Assembly: GCF_009914755.1 (NCBI RefSeq)
Contig: NC_060925.1
DNA length: 64,000 nucleotides
Origin: the human T2T-CHM13v2.0 reference genome, Homo sapiens
Reading direction: 5' to 3' (one strand)
The first letter of the stretch is position 1. Each line of letters starts with the position of its first letter. The notes under the pieces were generated by a model. It was not told the DNA's origin. It did not search any database and saw only the letters and a list, made by a program, of their open reading frames with translations. The position numbers and the translations under genes were made by a program. Shown piece by piece: positions 42,564 to 57,500 of the stretch.

Positions 42564-45500
42564 ATGAAATTGAAATGGATGGACTCATCATCGAATGGAT
42601 TCGAATGGAATCATCGAATAAAATTGATTGAAATCATCATCGAATGGAATCGAATGGTATCATTGAATGGAATCGAATGGAATCATCATCAGATGGAAAT
42701 GAATGGAATCGTCATAGAATGGAATCGAATGGATTCATTGAATGGAATCAGATGGAATCATCGAATGGACTGGAATGGAATCATTGAATGGACTCAAAAG
42801 GGATCATTATTGAATGGAATTGAATGGAATCATCGAATGGTCTCGATTGGAATCATTATCAAATGGAATCGAATGGAATCACCGAATAGAATCGAATGGA
42901 ACAATCATCGAATGGACTCAAATGGAATTATCCTCCAATGGAATCGAATGGAATTATCGAATGCAATCGAATGGAATTATCGAATGCAATCGAATAGAAT
43001 CATCGAATGGACTCGAATGGAATCATCGAATGGAATGGAATGGAACAGTCAATGAACTCGAATGGAATCATCATTGAATGGAATCGAATGGAATCATCGA
43101 GTGGAATCGAATGGAATTATGATCAAATGGAATCGAATGTAATCATCATCAAATGGAATCAAAAATAACCATCATCAATTGGTATTGAATGGAATTGTCA
43201 TCAAATGGAATTCAAAGGAATCATCATCAAATGGAACCGAATGGAATCCTCATTGAATGGAAATGAAAAGGGTCATCATCTAATGGAATCACATGGAATC
43301 ATCATCAAATGGAATCGAATGGAATCATCATCAAATGGAATCTAATGGAATCATTGAACAGAATTGAATGGAATCGTCATCGAATGAATTGAATGCAATC
43401 ATCGAATGGTCTCGAATGGAATCATCTTCTAATGGAAAGGAATGGAATCATCGCATAGAATCGAATGGAATTATCATCGAATGGAATCGAATGCTATCAA
43501 CACCAAACGGAAAAGAACGGAATTATCGAATGGAATCGAAGAGAATCTTCGAACGGACCCGAATGGAATCATCTAATGGAATGGAATGGAATAATCCATG
43601 GACTCGAATGCAATCATCATCGAATGGAATCGACTGGAATCATCGAATGGACTCGAATGGAATAATCATTGAACGGAATCGAATGGAATCATCATCGGAT
43701 GGAAACGAATGGAATCATCATCGAATGGAAATGAAAGGAGTCATCATCTAATGGAATTGCATGGAATCATCATAAAATGGAATCGAATGGAATCAACATC
43801 AAATGGAATCAAATGGAATCATTGAACGGAATTGAATGGAATCGTCATCGAATGAATTGACTGCAATCATCGAATGGTCTCGAATGGAATCATCTTCAAA
43901 TGGAATGGAATGGAATCATCGCATAGAATCGAATGGAATTATCATCGAATGGAATCGAATGGAATCAACATCAAACGGAAAAAAACGGAATTATCGAATG
44001 GAATCGAAGAGAATCATCGAATGGACCCGAATGGAATCATCTAATGGAAAGGAATGGAATAATCCATGGACTCGAATGCAATCATCATCGAATGGAATCG
44101 AATGGAATCATCGAATGGACTCGAATGGAATAATCATTGAACGGAATCGAATGGAATCATCATCGGATGGAAATGAATGGAATCATCATCGAATGGAATC
44201 GAATAGAATTATGGAATGAAATCCAGTGTGATCATCATCGAATGGACCCGAATGGAATCATCATCCAACGGAAGCTAATGGAATCAACATCGAATGAATC
44301 GAATGGAAACACCATCGAATTGAAACGAATGGAATTATCATGAAATTGAAATGGATGGACTCATCATCGAATGGATTCGAATGGAATCATCGAATAAAAT
44401 TAATTGAAATCATCATCCAATGGAATCGAATGGTATCATTGAATGGAATCGAATGGAATCATCATCAGATGGAAATGAATGGAATCGTCATAGAATGGAA
44501 TCGAATGGATTCATTGAATGGAATCAGATGGAATCATCGAATGGACTGGAATGGAATCATTGAATGGACTCGAAAGGGATCATTATTGAATGGAATTGAA
44601 TGGAATCATCGAATGGTCTCGATTGGAATCATTATCAAATGGAATCGAATGGAATCACCGAATAGAATCGAATGGAACAATCATCGAATGGACTCAAATG
44701 GAATTATCCTCCAATGGAATCGAATGGAATTATCGAATGCAATCGAATGGAATTATCGAATGCAATCGAATAGAATCATCGAATGGACTCGAATGGAATC
44801 ATCGAATGGAATGGAATGGAACAGTCAATGAACTCGAATGGAATCATCATTGAATGGAATCGAATGGAATCATCGAGTGGAATCGAATGGAATTATGATC
44901 AAATGGAATCGAATGTAATCATCATCAAATGGAATCAAAAATAACCATCATCAATTGGTATTGAATGGAATTGTCATCAAATGGAATTCAAAGGAATCAT
45001 CATCAAATGGAACCGAATGGAATCCTCATTGAATGGAAATGAAAGGGGTCATCATCTAATGGAATCGCATGGAATCATCATCAAATGGAATCGAATGGAA
45101 TGATCATCAAATGGAATCTAATGGAATCATTGAACAGAATTGAATGGAATCGTCATGGAATGAATTGAATGCAATCATCGAATGGTCTCGAATGGAATCA
45201 TCTTCTAATGGAAAGGAATGGAATCATCGCATAGAATCGAATGGAATTATCATCGAATGGAATCGAATGGTATCAACACCAAACGGAAAAAAACGGAATT
45301 ATCGAATGGAATCGAAGAGAATCTTCGAACGGACCCGAATGGAATCATCTAATGGAATGGAATGGAATAATCCATGGACTCGAATGCAATCATCATCGAA
45401 TGGAATGGAATGGAATCATCGAATGGACTCGAATGGAATAATCATTGAACGGAATCGAATGGAATCATCATCGGATGGAAACGAATGGAATCATCATCGA

Positions 45501-48500
45501 ATGGAAATGAAAGGAGTCATCATCTAATGGAATTGCATGGAATCATCATAAAATGGAATCGAATGGAATCAACATCAAATGGAATCAAATGGAATCATTG
45601 AACGGAATTGAATGGAATCGTCATCGAATGAATTGACTGCAATCATCGAATGGTCTCGAATGGAATCATCTTCAAATGGAATGGAATGGAATCATCGCAT
45701 AGAATCGAATGGAATTATCATCGAATGGAATCGAATGGAATCAACATCCAACGGAAAAAAACGGAATTATCGAATGGAATCGAAGAGAATCATCGAATGG
45801 ACCCGAATGGAATCATCTAATGGAATGGAATGGAATAATCCATGGACTCGAATGCAATCATCATCGAATGGAATCGAATGGAATCATCGAATGGACTCGA
45901 ATGGAATAATCATTGAACGGAATCGAATGGAATCATCATCGGATGGAAATGAATGGAATCATCATCGAATGGAATCGAATAGAATTATGGAATGAAATCC
46001 AGTGTGATCATCATCGAATGGACCCGAATGGAATCATCATCCAACGGAAGCTAATGGAATCAACATCGAATGAATCGAATGGAAACACCATCGAATTGAA
46101 ACGAATGGAATTATCATGAAATTGAAATGGATGGACTCATCATCGAATGGATTCGAATGGAATCATCGAATAAAATTGATTGAAATCATCATCCAATGGA
46201 ATCGAATGGTATCATTGAATGGAATCGAATGGAGTCATCATCAGATGGAAATGAATGGAATCGTCATAGAATGGAATCGAATGGATTCATTGAATGGAAT
46301 CAGATGGAATCATCGAATGGACTGGAATGGAATCATTGAATGGACTCGAAAGGGATCATTATTGAATGGAATTGAATGGAATCATCGAATGGTCTCGATT
46401 GGAATCATTATCAAATGGAATCGAATGGAATCACCGAATAGAATCGAATGGAACAATCATCGAATGGACTCAAATGGAATTATCCTCCAATGGAATCGAA
46501 TGGAATTATTGAATGCAATCGAATGGAATTATCGAATGCAATCGAATAGAATCATCGAATGGACTCGAATGGAATCATCGAATGGAATGGAATGGAACAG
46601 TCAATGAACTCGAATGGAATCATCATTGAATGGAATCGAATGGAATCATCGAGTGGAATCGAATGGAATTATGATCAAATGGAATCGAATGTAATCATCA
46701 TCAAATGGAATCAAAAATAACCATCATCAATTGGTATTGAATGGAATTGTCATCAAATGGAATTCAAAGGAATCATCATCAAATGGAACCGAATGGAATC
46801 CTCATTGAATGGAAATGAAAGGGGTCATCATCTAACGGAATCGCATGGAATCATCATCAAATGGAATCTAATGGAATCATTGAACAGAATTGAATGGAAT
46901 CGTCATCGAATGAATTGAATGCAATCATCGAATGGTCTCGAATGGAATCATCTTCTAATGGAAAGGAATGGAATCATCGCATAGAATCGAATGGAATTAT
47001 CATCGAATGGAATCGAATGGTATCAACACCAAACGGAAAAAAACGGAATTATCGAATGGAATCGAAGAGAATCTTCGAACGGACCCGAATGGAATCATCT
47101 AATGGAATGGAATGGAATAATCCATGGACTCGAATGCAATCATCATCGAATGGAATGGAATGGAATCATCGAATGGACTCGAATGGAATAATCATTGAAC
47201 GGAATCGAATGGAATCATCATCGGATGGAAACGAATGGAATCATCATCGAATGGAAATGAAAGGAGTCATCATCTAATGGAATTGCATGGAATCATCATA
47301 AAATGGAATCGAATGGAATCAACATCAAATGGAATCAAATGGAATCATTGAACGGAATTGAATGGAATCGTCATCGAATGAATTGACTGCAATCATCGAA
47401 TGGTCTCGAATGGAATCATCTTCAAATGGAATGGAATGGAATCATCGCATAGAATCGAATGGAATTATCATCGAATGGAATCGAATGGAATCAACATCCA
47501 ACGGAAAAAAACGGAATTATCGAATGGAATCGAAGAGAATCATCGAATGGACCCGAATGGAATCATCTAATGGAATGGAATGGAATAATCCATGGACTCG
47601 AATGCAATCATCATCGAATGGAATCGAATGGAATCATCGAATGGACTCGAATGGAATAATCATTGAACGGAATCGAATGGAATCATCATCGGATGGAAAT
47701 GAATGGAATCATCATCGAATGGAATCGAATAGAATTATGGAATGAAATCCAGTGTGATCATCATCGAATGGACCCGAATGGAATCATCATCCAACGGAAG
47801 CTAATGGAATCAACATCGAATGAATCGAATGGAAACACCATCGAATTGAAACGAATGGAATTATCATGAAATTGAAATGGATGGACTCATCATCGAATGG
47901 ATTCGAATGGAATCATCGAATAAAATTGATTGAAATCATCATCCAATGGAATCGAATGGTATCATTGAATGGAATCGAATGGAGTCATCATCAGATGGAA
48001 ATGAATGGAATCGTCATAGAATGGAATCGAATGGATTCATTGAATGGAATCAGATGGAATCATCGAATGGACTGGAATGGAATCATTGAATGGACTCGAA
48101 AGGGATCATTATTGAATGGAATTGAATGGAATCATCGAATGGTCTCGATTGGAATCATTATCAAATGGAATCGAATGGAATCACCGAATAGAATCGAATG
48201 GAACAATCATCGAATGGACTCAAATGGAATTATCCTCCAATGGAATCGAATGGAATTATCGAATGCAATCGAATGGAATTATCGAATGCAATCGAATAGA
48301 ATCATCGAATGGACTCGAATGGAATCATCGAATGGAATGGAATGGAACAGTCAATGAACTCGAATGGAATCATCATTGAATGGAATCGAATGGAATCATC
48401 GAGTGGAATCGAATGGAATTATGATCAAATGGAATCGAATGTAATCATCATCAAATGGAATCAAAAATAACCATCATCAATTGGTATTGAATGGAATTGT

Positions 48501-51500
48501 CATCAAATGGAATTCAAAGGAATCATCATCAAATGGAACCGAATGGAATCCTCATTGAATGGAAATGAAAGGGGTCATCATCTAACGGAATCGCATGGAA
48601 TCATCATCAAATGGAATCTAATGGAATCATTGAACAGAATTGAATGGAATCGTCATCGAATGAATTGAATGCAATCATCGAATGGTCTCGAATGGAATCA
48701 TCTTCTAATGGAAAGGAATGGAATCATCGCATAGAATCGAATGGAATTATCATCGAATGGAATCGAATGGTATCAACACCAAACGGAAAAAAACGGAATT
48801 ATCGAATGGAATCGAAGAGAATCTTCGAACGGACCCGAATGGAATCATCTAATGGAATGGAATGGAATAATCCATGGACTCGAATGCAATCATCATCGAA
48901 TGGAATGGAATGGAATCAGCGAATGGACTCGAATGGAATAATCATTGAACGGAATCGAATGGAATCATCATCGGATGGAAACGAATGGAATCATCATCGA
49001 ATGGAAATGAAAGGAGTCATCATCTAATGGAATTGCATGGAATCATCATAAAATGGAATCGAATGGAATCAACATCAAATGGAATCAAATGGAATCATTG
49101 AACGGAATTGAATGGAATCGTCATCGAATGAATTGACTGCAATCATCGAATGGTCTCGAATGGAATCATCTTCAAATGGAATGGAATGGAATCATCGCAT
49201 AGAATCGAATGGAATTATCATCGAATGGAATCGAATGGAATCAACATCAAACGGAAAAAAACGGAATTATCGAATGGAATCGAAGAGAATCATCGAATGG
49301 ACCCGAATGGAATCATCTAATGGAATGGAATGGAATAATCCATGGACTCGAATGCAATCATCATCGAATGGAATCGAATGGAATCATCGAATGGACTCGA
49401 ATGGAATAATCATTGAACGGAATCGAATGGAATCATCATCGGATGGAAATGAATGGAATCATCATCGAATGGAATCGAATAGAATTATGGAATGAAATCC
49501 AGTGTGATCATCATCGAATGGACCCGAATGGAATCATCATCCAACGGAAGCTAATGGAATCAACATCGAATGAATCGAATGGAAACACCATCGAATTGAA
49601 ACGAATGGAATTATCATGAAATTGAAATGGATGGACTCATCATCGAATGGATTCGAATGGAATCATCGAATAAAATTGATTGAAATCATCATCGAATGGA
49701 ATCGAATGGTATCATTGAATGGAATCGAATGGAATCATCATCAGATGGAAATGAATGGAATCGTCATAGAATGGAATCGAATGGATTCATTGAATGGAAT
49801 CAGATGGAATCATCGAATGGACTGGAATGGAATCATTGAATGGACTCGAAAGGGATCATGATTGAATGGAATTGAATGGAATCATCGAATGGTCTCGATT
49901 GGAATCATTATCAAATGGAATCGAATGGAATCACCGAATAGAATCGAATGGAACAATCATCGAATGGACTCAAATGGAATTATCCTCAAATGGAATCGAA
50001 TGGAATTATCGAATGCAATCGAATGGAATTATCGAATGCAATCGAATAGAATCATCGAAAGGACTCGAATGGAATCATCGAATGGAATGGAATGGAACAG
50101 TCAATGAACTCGAATGGAATCATCATTGAATGGAATCGAATGGAATCATCGAGTGGAATCGAATGGAATTATGATCAAATGGAATCGAATGTAATCATCA
50201 TCAAATGGAATCAAAAATAACCATCATCAATTGGTATTGAATGGAATTGTCATCAAATGGAATTCAAAGGAATCATCATCAAATGGAACCGAATGGAATC
50301 CTCATTGAATGGAAATGAAAGGGGTCATCATCTAATGGAATCGCATGGAATCATCATCAAATGGAATCGAATGGAATCATCATCAAATGGAATCTAATGG
50401 AATCATTGAACAGAATTGAATGGAATCGTCATGGAATGAATTGAATGCAATCATCGAATGGTCTCGAATGGAATCATCTTCTAATGGAAAGGAATGGAAT
50501 CATCGCATAGAATCGAATGGAATTATCATCGAATGGAATCGAATGGTATCAACACCAAACGGAAAAAAACGGAATTATCGAATGGAATCGAAGAGAATCT
50601 TCGAACGGACCCGAATGGAATCATCTAATGGAATGGAATGGAATAATCCATGGACTCGAATGCAATCATCATCGAATGGAATGGAATGGAATGGAATCAT
50701 CGAATGGACTCGAATGGAATAATCATTGAACGGAATCGAATGGAATCATCATCGGATGGAAACGAATGGAATCATCATCGAATGGAAATGAAAGGAGTCA
50801 TCATCTAATGGAATTGCATGGAATCATCATAAAATGGAATCGAATGGAATCAACATCAAATGGAATCAAATGGAATCATTGAACGGAATTGAATGGAATC
50901 GTCATCGAATGAATTGACTGCAATCATCGAATGGTCTCGAATGGAATCATCTTCAAATGGAATGGAATGGAATCATCGCATAGAATCGAATGGAATTATC
51001 ATCGAATGGAATCGAATGGAATCAACATCAAACGGAAAAAAACGGAATTATCGAATGGAATCGAAGAGAATCATCGAATGGACCCGAATGGAATCATCTA
51101 ATGGAATGGAATGGAATAATCCATGGACTCGAATGCAATCATCATCGAATGGAATCGAATGGAATCATCGAATGGACTCGAATGGAATAATCATTGAACG
51201 GAAACGAATGGAATCATCATCGGATGGAAATGAATGGAATCATCATCGAATGGAATCGAATAGAATTATGGAATGAAATCCAGTGTGATCATCATCGAAT
51301 GGACCCGAATGGAATCATCATCCAACGGAAGCTAATGGAATCAACATCGAATGAATCGAATGGAAACACCATCGAATTGAAACGAATGGAATTATCATGA
51401 AATTGAAATGGATGGACTCATCATCGAATGGATTCGAATGGAATCATCGAATAAAATTGATTGAAATCATCATCCAATGGAATCGAATGGTATCATTGAA

Positions 51501-54500
51501 TGGAATCGAATGGAATCATCATCAGATGGAAATGAATGGAATCGTCATAGAATGGAATCGAGTGGATTCATTGAATGGAATCAGATGGAATCATCGAATG
51601 GACTGGAATGGAATCATTGAATGGACTCGAAAGGGATCATGATTGAATGGAATTGAATGGAATCATCGAATGGTCTCGATTGGAATCATTATCAAATGGA
51701 ATCGAATGGAATCACCGAATAGAATCGAATGGAACAATCATCGAATGGACTCAAATGGAATTATCCTCAAATGGAATCGAATGGAATTATCGAATGCAAT
51801 CGAATGGAATTATCGAATGCAATCGAATAGAATCATCGAAAGGACTCGAATGGAATCATCGAATGGAATGGAATGGAACAGTCAATGAACTCGAATGGAA
51901 TCATCATTGAATGGAATCCAATGGAATCATCGAGTGGAATCGAATGGAATTATGATCAAATGGAATCTAATGTAATCATCATCAAATGGAATCAAAAATA
52001 ACCATCATCAATTGGTATTGAATGGAATTGTCATCAAATGGAATTCAAAGGAATCATCATCAAATGGAACCGAATGGAATCCTCATTGAATGGAAATGAA
52101 AGGGGTCATCATCTAATGGAATCGCATGGAATCATCATCAAATGGAATCGAATGGAATCATCATCAAATGGAATCTAATGGAATCATTGAACAGAATTGA
52201 ATGGAATCGTCATCGAATGAATTGAATGCAATCATCGAATGGTCTCGAATGGAATCATCTTCTAACGGAAAGGAATGGAATCATCGCATAGAATCGAATG
52301 GAATTATCATCGAATGGAATCGAATGGTATCAACACCAAACGGAAAAAAACGGAATTATCGAATGGAATCGAAGAGAATCTTCGAACGGACCCGAATGGA
52401 ATCATCTAATGGAATGGAATGGAATAATCCATGGACTCGAATGCAATCATCATCGAATGGAATGGAATGGAATCATCGAATGGACTCGAATGGAATAATC
52501 ATTGAACGGAATCGAATGGAATCATCATCGGATGGAAACGAATGGAATCATCATCGAATGGAAATGAAAGGAGTCATCATCTAATGGAATTGCATGGAAT
52601 CATCATCAAATGGAATCGAATGGAATCAACATCAAATGGAATCAAATGGAATCATTGAACGGAATTGAATGGAATCGTCATCGAATGAATTGACTGCAAT
52701 CATCGAATGGTCTCGAATGGAATCATCTTCAAATGGAATGGAATGGAATCATCGCATAGAATCGAATGGAATTATCATCGAATGGAATCGAATGGAATCA
52801 ACAGCAAACGGAATAAAACGGAATTATCGAATGGAATCGAAGAGAATCATCGAATGGACCCGAATGGAATCATCTAATGGAATGGAATGGAATAATCCAT
52901 GGACTCGAATGCAATCATCATCGAATGGAATCGAATGGAATCATCCAATGGACTCGAATGGAATAATCATTGAACGGAATCGAATGGAATCATCATCGGA
53001 TGGAAATGAATGGAATCATCATCGAATGGAATCGAATAGAATTATGGAATGAAATCCAGTGTGATCATCATCGAATGGACCCGAATGGAATCATCATCCA
53101 ACGGAAGCTAATGGAATCAACATCGAATGAATCGAATGGAAACACCATCGAATTGAAACGAATGGAATTATCATGAAATTGAAATGGATGGACTCATCAT
53201 CGAATGGATTCGAATGGAATCATCGAATAAAATTGATTGAAATCATCATCCAATGGAATCGAATGGTATCATTGAATGGAATCGAATGGAATCATCATCA
53301 GATGGAAATGAATGGAATCGTCATAGAATGGAATCGAATGGATTCATTGAATGGAATCAGATGGAATCATCGAATGGACTGGAATGGAATCATTGAATGG
53401 ACTCGAAAGGGATCATGATTGAATGGAATTGAATGGAATCATCGAATGGTCTCGATTGGAATCATTATCAAATGGAATCGAATGGAATCACCGAATAGAA
53501 TCGAATGGAACAATCATCGAATGGACTCAAATGGAATTATCCTCCAATGGAATCGAATGGAATTATCGAATGCAATCGAATGGAATTATCGAATGCAATC
53601 GAATAGAATCATCGAATGGACTCGAATGGAATCATCGAATGGAATGGAATGGAACAGTCAATGAACTCGAATGGAATCATCATTGAATGGAATTGAATGG
53701 AATCATCGAGTGGAATCGAATGGAATTATGATCAAATGGAATTGAATGTAATCCTCATCAAATGGAATCAAAAATAACCATCATCAATTGGTATTGAATG
53801 GAATTGTCATCAAATGCAATTCAAAGGAATCATCATCAAATGGAACCGAATGGAATCCTCATTGAATGGAAATGAAAGGGGTCATCATCTAATGGAATCG
53901 CATGGAATCATCATCAAATGGAATCGAATGGAATCATCATCAAATGGAATCTAATGGAATCATTGAACAGAATTGAATGGAATCGTCATCGAATGAATTG
54001 AATGCAATCATCGAATGGTCTCGAATGGAATCATCTTCTAATGGAAAGGAATGGAATCATCGCATAGAATCGAATGGAATTATCATCGAATGGAATCGAA
54101 TGGTATCAACACCAAACGGAAAAAAACGGAATTATCGAATGGAATCGAAGAGAATCTTCGAACGGACCCGAATGGAATCATCTAATGGAATGGAATGGAA
54201 TAATCCATGGACTCGAATGCAATCATCATCGAATGGAATGGAATGGAATCATCGAATGGACTCGAATGGAATAATCATTGAACGGAATCGAATGGAATCA
54301 TCATCGGATGGAAACGAATGGAATCATCATCGAATGGAAATGAAAGGAGTCATCATCTAATGGAATTGCATGGAATCATCATAAAATGGAATCGAATGGA
54401 ATCAACATCAAAAGGAATCAAATGGAATCATTGAACGGAATTGAATGGAATCGTCATCGAATGAATTGACTGCCATCATCGAATGGTCTCGAATGGAATC

Positions 54501-57500
54501 ATCTTCAAATGGAATGGAATGGAATCATCGCATAGAATCGAATGGAATTATCATCGAATGGAATCGAATGGAATCAACATCAAACGGAAAAAAACGGAAT
54601 TATCGAATGGAATCGAAGAGAATCATCGAATGGACCCGAATGGAATCATCTAATGGAATGGAATGGAATAATCCATGGACTCGAATGCAATCATCATCGA
54701 ATGGAATCGAATGGAATCATCGAATGGACTCGAATGGAATAATCATTGAACGGAATCGAATGGAATCATCATCGGATGGAAATGAATGGAATCATCATCG
54801 AATGGAATCGAATAGAATTATGGAATGAAATCCAGTGTGATCATCATCGAATGTATCCGAATGGAATCATCATCCAACGGAAACTAATGGAATCAACATC
54901 GAATGAATCGAATGGAAACACCATCGAATTGAAACGAATGGAATTATCATGAAATTGAAATGGATGGACTCATCATGGAATGGGTTCGAATAGAATCATC
55001 GAATAAAATTGATTGAAATCATCATCCAATGGAATCGAATGGTATCATTGAATGGAATCGAATGGAATCATCATCAGATGGAAATGAATGGAATCGTCAT
55101 AGAATGGAATCGAATGGATTCATTGAATGGAATCAGATGGAATCATCGAATGGACTGAAATGGAATCATTGAATGGACTCGAAAGGGATCATGATTGAAT
55201 GGAATTGAATGGAATCATCGAATGGTCTCGATTGGAATCATTATCAAATGGAATGGAATGGAATCACCGAATAGAATCGAATGGAACAATCATCGAATGG
55301 ACTCAAATGGAATTATCCTCAAATGGAATCGAATGGAATTATCGAATGCAATCGAATGGAATTATCGAATGCAATCGAATAGAATCATCGAATGGACTCG
55401 AATGGAATCATCGAATGGAATGGAATGGAACAGTCAATGAACTCGAATGGAATCATCATTGAATGGAATCGAATGGAATCATCGAGTGGAATCGAATGGA
55501 ATTATGATCAAATGGAATCGAATGTAATCATCATCAAATGGAATCAAAAATAACCATCATCAATTGGTATTGAATGGAATTGTCATCAAATGGAATTCAA
55601 AGGAATCATCATCAAATGGAACCGAATGGAATCCTCATTGAATGGAAATGAAAGGGGTCATCATCTAATGGAATCGCATGGAATCATCATCAAATGGAAT
55701 CGAATGGAATCATCATCAAATGGAATCTAATGGAATCATTGAACAGAATTGAATGGAATCGTCATCGAATGAATTGAATGCAATCATCGAATGGTCTCGA
55801 ATGGAATCATCTTCTAATGGAAAGGAATGGAATCATCGCATAGAATCGAATGGAATTATCATCGAATGGAATCGAATGGTATCAACACCAAACGGAAAAA
55901 AACGGAATTATCGAATGGAATCGAAGAGAATCTTCGAACGGACCCGAATGGAATCATCTAATGGAATGGAATGGAATAATCCATGGACTCGAATGCAATC
56001 ATCATCGAATGGAATCGAATGGAATCATCGAATGGACTCGAATGGAATAATCATTGAACGGAATCAAATGGAATCATCATCGGATGGAAATGAATGGAAT
56101 CATCATCGAATGGAATCGAATAGAATTATGGAATGAAATCCAGTGTGATCATCATCGAATGGACCCGAATGGAATCATCATCCAACGGAAGCTAATGGAA
56201 TCAACATCGAATGAATCGAATGGAAACACCATCGAATTGAAACGAATGGAATTATCATGAAATTGAAATGGATGGACTCATCATCGAATGGATTCGAATG
56301 GAATCATCGAATAAAATTGATTGAAATCATCATCGAATGGAATCGAATGGTATCATTGAATGGAATCGAATGGAATCATCATCAGATGGAAATGAATGGA
56401 ATCGTCATAGAATGGAATCGAATGGATTCATTGAATGGAATCAGATGGAATCATCGAATGGACTGGAATGGAATCATTGAATGGACTCGAAAGGGATCAT
56501 TATTGAATGGAATTGAATGGAATCATCGAATGGTCTCGATTGGAATCATTATCAAATGGAATGGAATGGAATCACCGAATAGAATCGAATGGAACAATCA
56601 TCGAATGGACTCAAATGGAATTATCCTCCAATGGAATCGAATGGAATTATCGAATGCAATCGAATGGAATTATCGAATGCAATCGAATAGAATCATCGAA
56701 TGGACTCGAATGGAATCATCGAATGGAATGGAATGGAACAGTCAATGAACTCGAAAGGAATCATCATTGAATGGAATCGAATGGAATCATCGAGTGGAAT
56801 CGAATGGAATTATGATCAAATGGAATCGAATGTAATCCTCATCAAATGGAATCAAAAATAACCATCATCAATTGGTATTGAATGGAATTGTCATCAAATG
56901 GAATTCAAAGGAATCATCATCAAATGGAACCGAATGGAATCCTCATTGAATGGAAATGAAAGGGGTCATCATCAAATGGAATCGAATGGAATCATCATCA
57001 AATGGAATCTAATGGAATCATTGAACAGAATTGAATGGAATCGTCATCGAATGAATTGAATGCAATCATCGAATGGTCTCGAATGGAATCATCTTCTAAT
57101 GGAAAGGAATGGAATCATCGCATAGAATCGAACGGAATTATCATCGAATGGAATCGAATGGTATCAACACCAAACGGAAAAAAACGGAATTATCGAATGG
57201 AATCGAAGAGAATCTTCGAACGGACCCGAATGGAATCATCTAATGGAATGGAATGGAATAATCCATGGACTTGAATGCAATCATCATCGAATGGAATCGA
57301 ATGGAATCATCGAATGGACTCGAATGGAATAATCATTGAACGGAATCGAATGGAATCATCATCGGATGGAAATGAATGGAATCATCATCGAATGGAATCG
57401 AATAGAATTATGGAATGAAATCCAGTGTGATCATCATCGAATGGACCCGAATGGAATCATCATCCAACGGAAGCTAATGGAATCAACATCGAATGAATCG

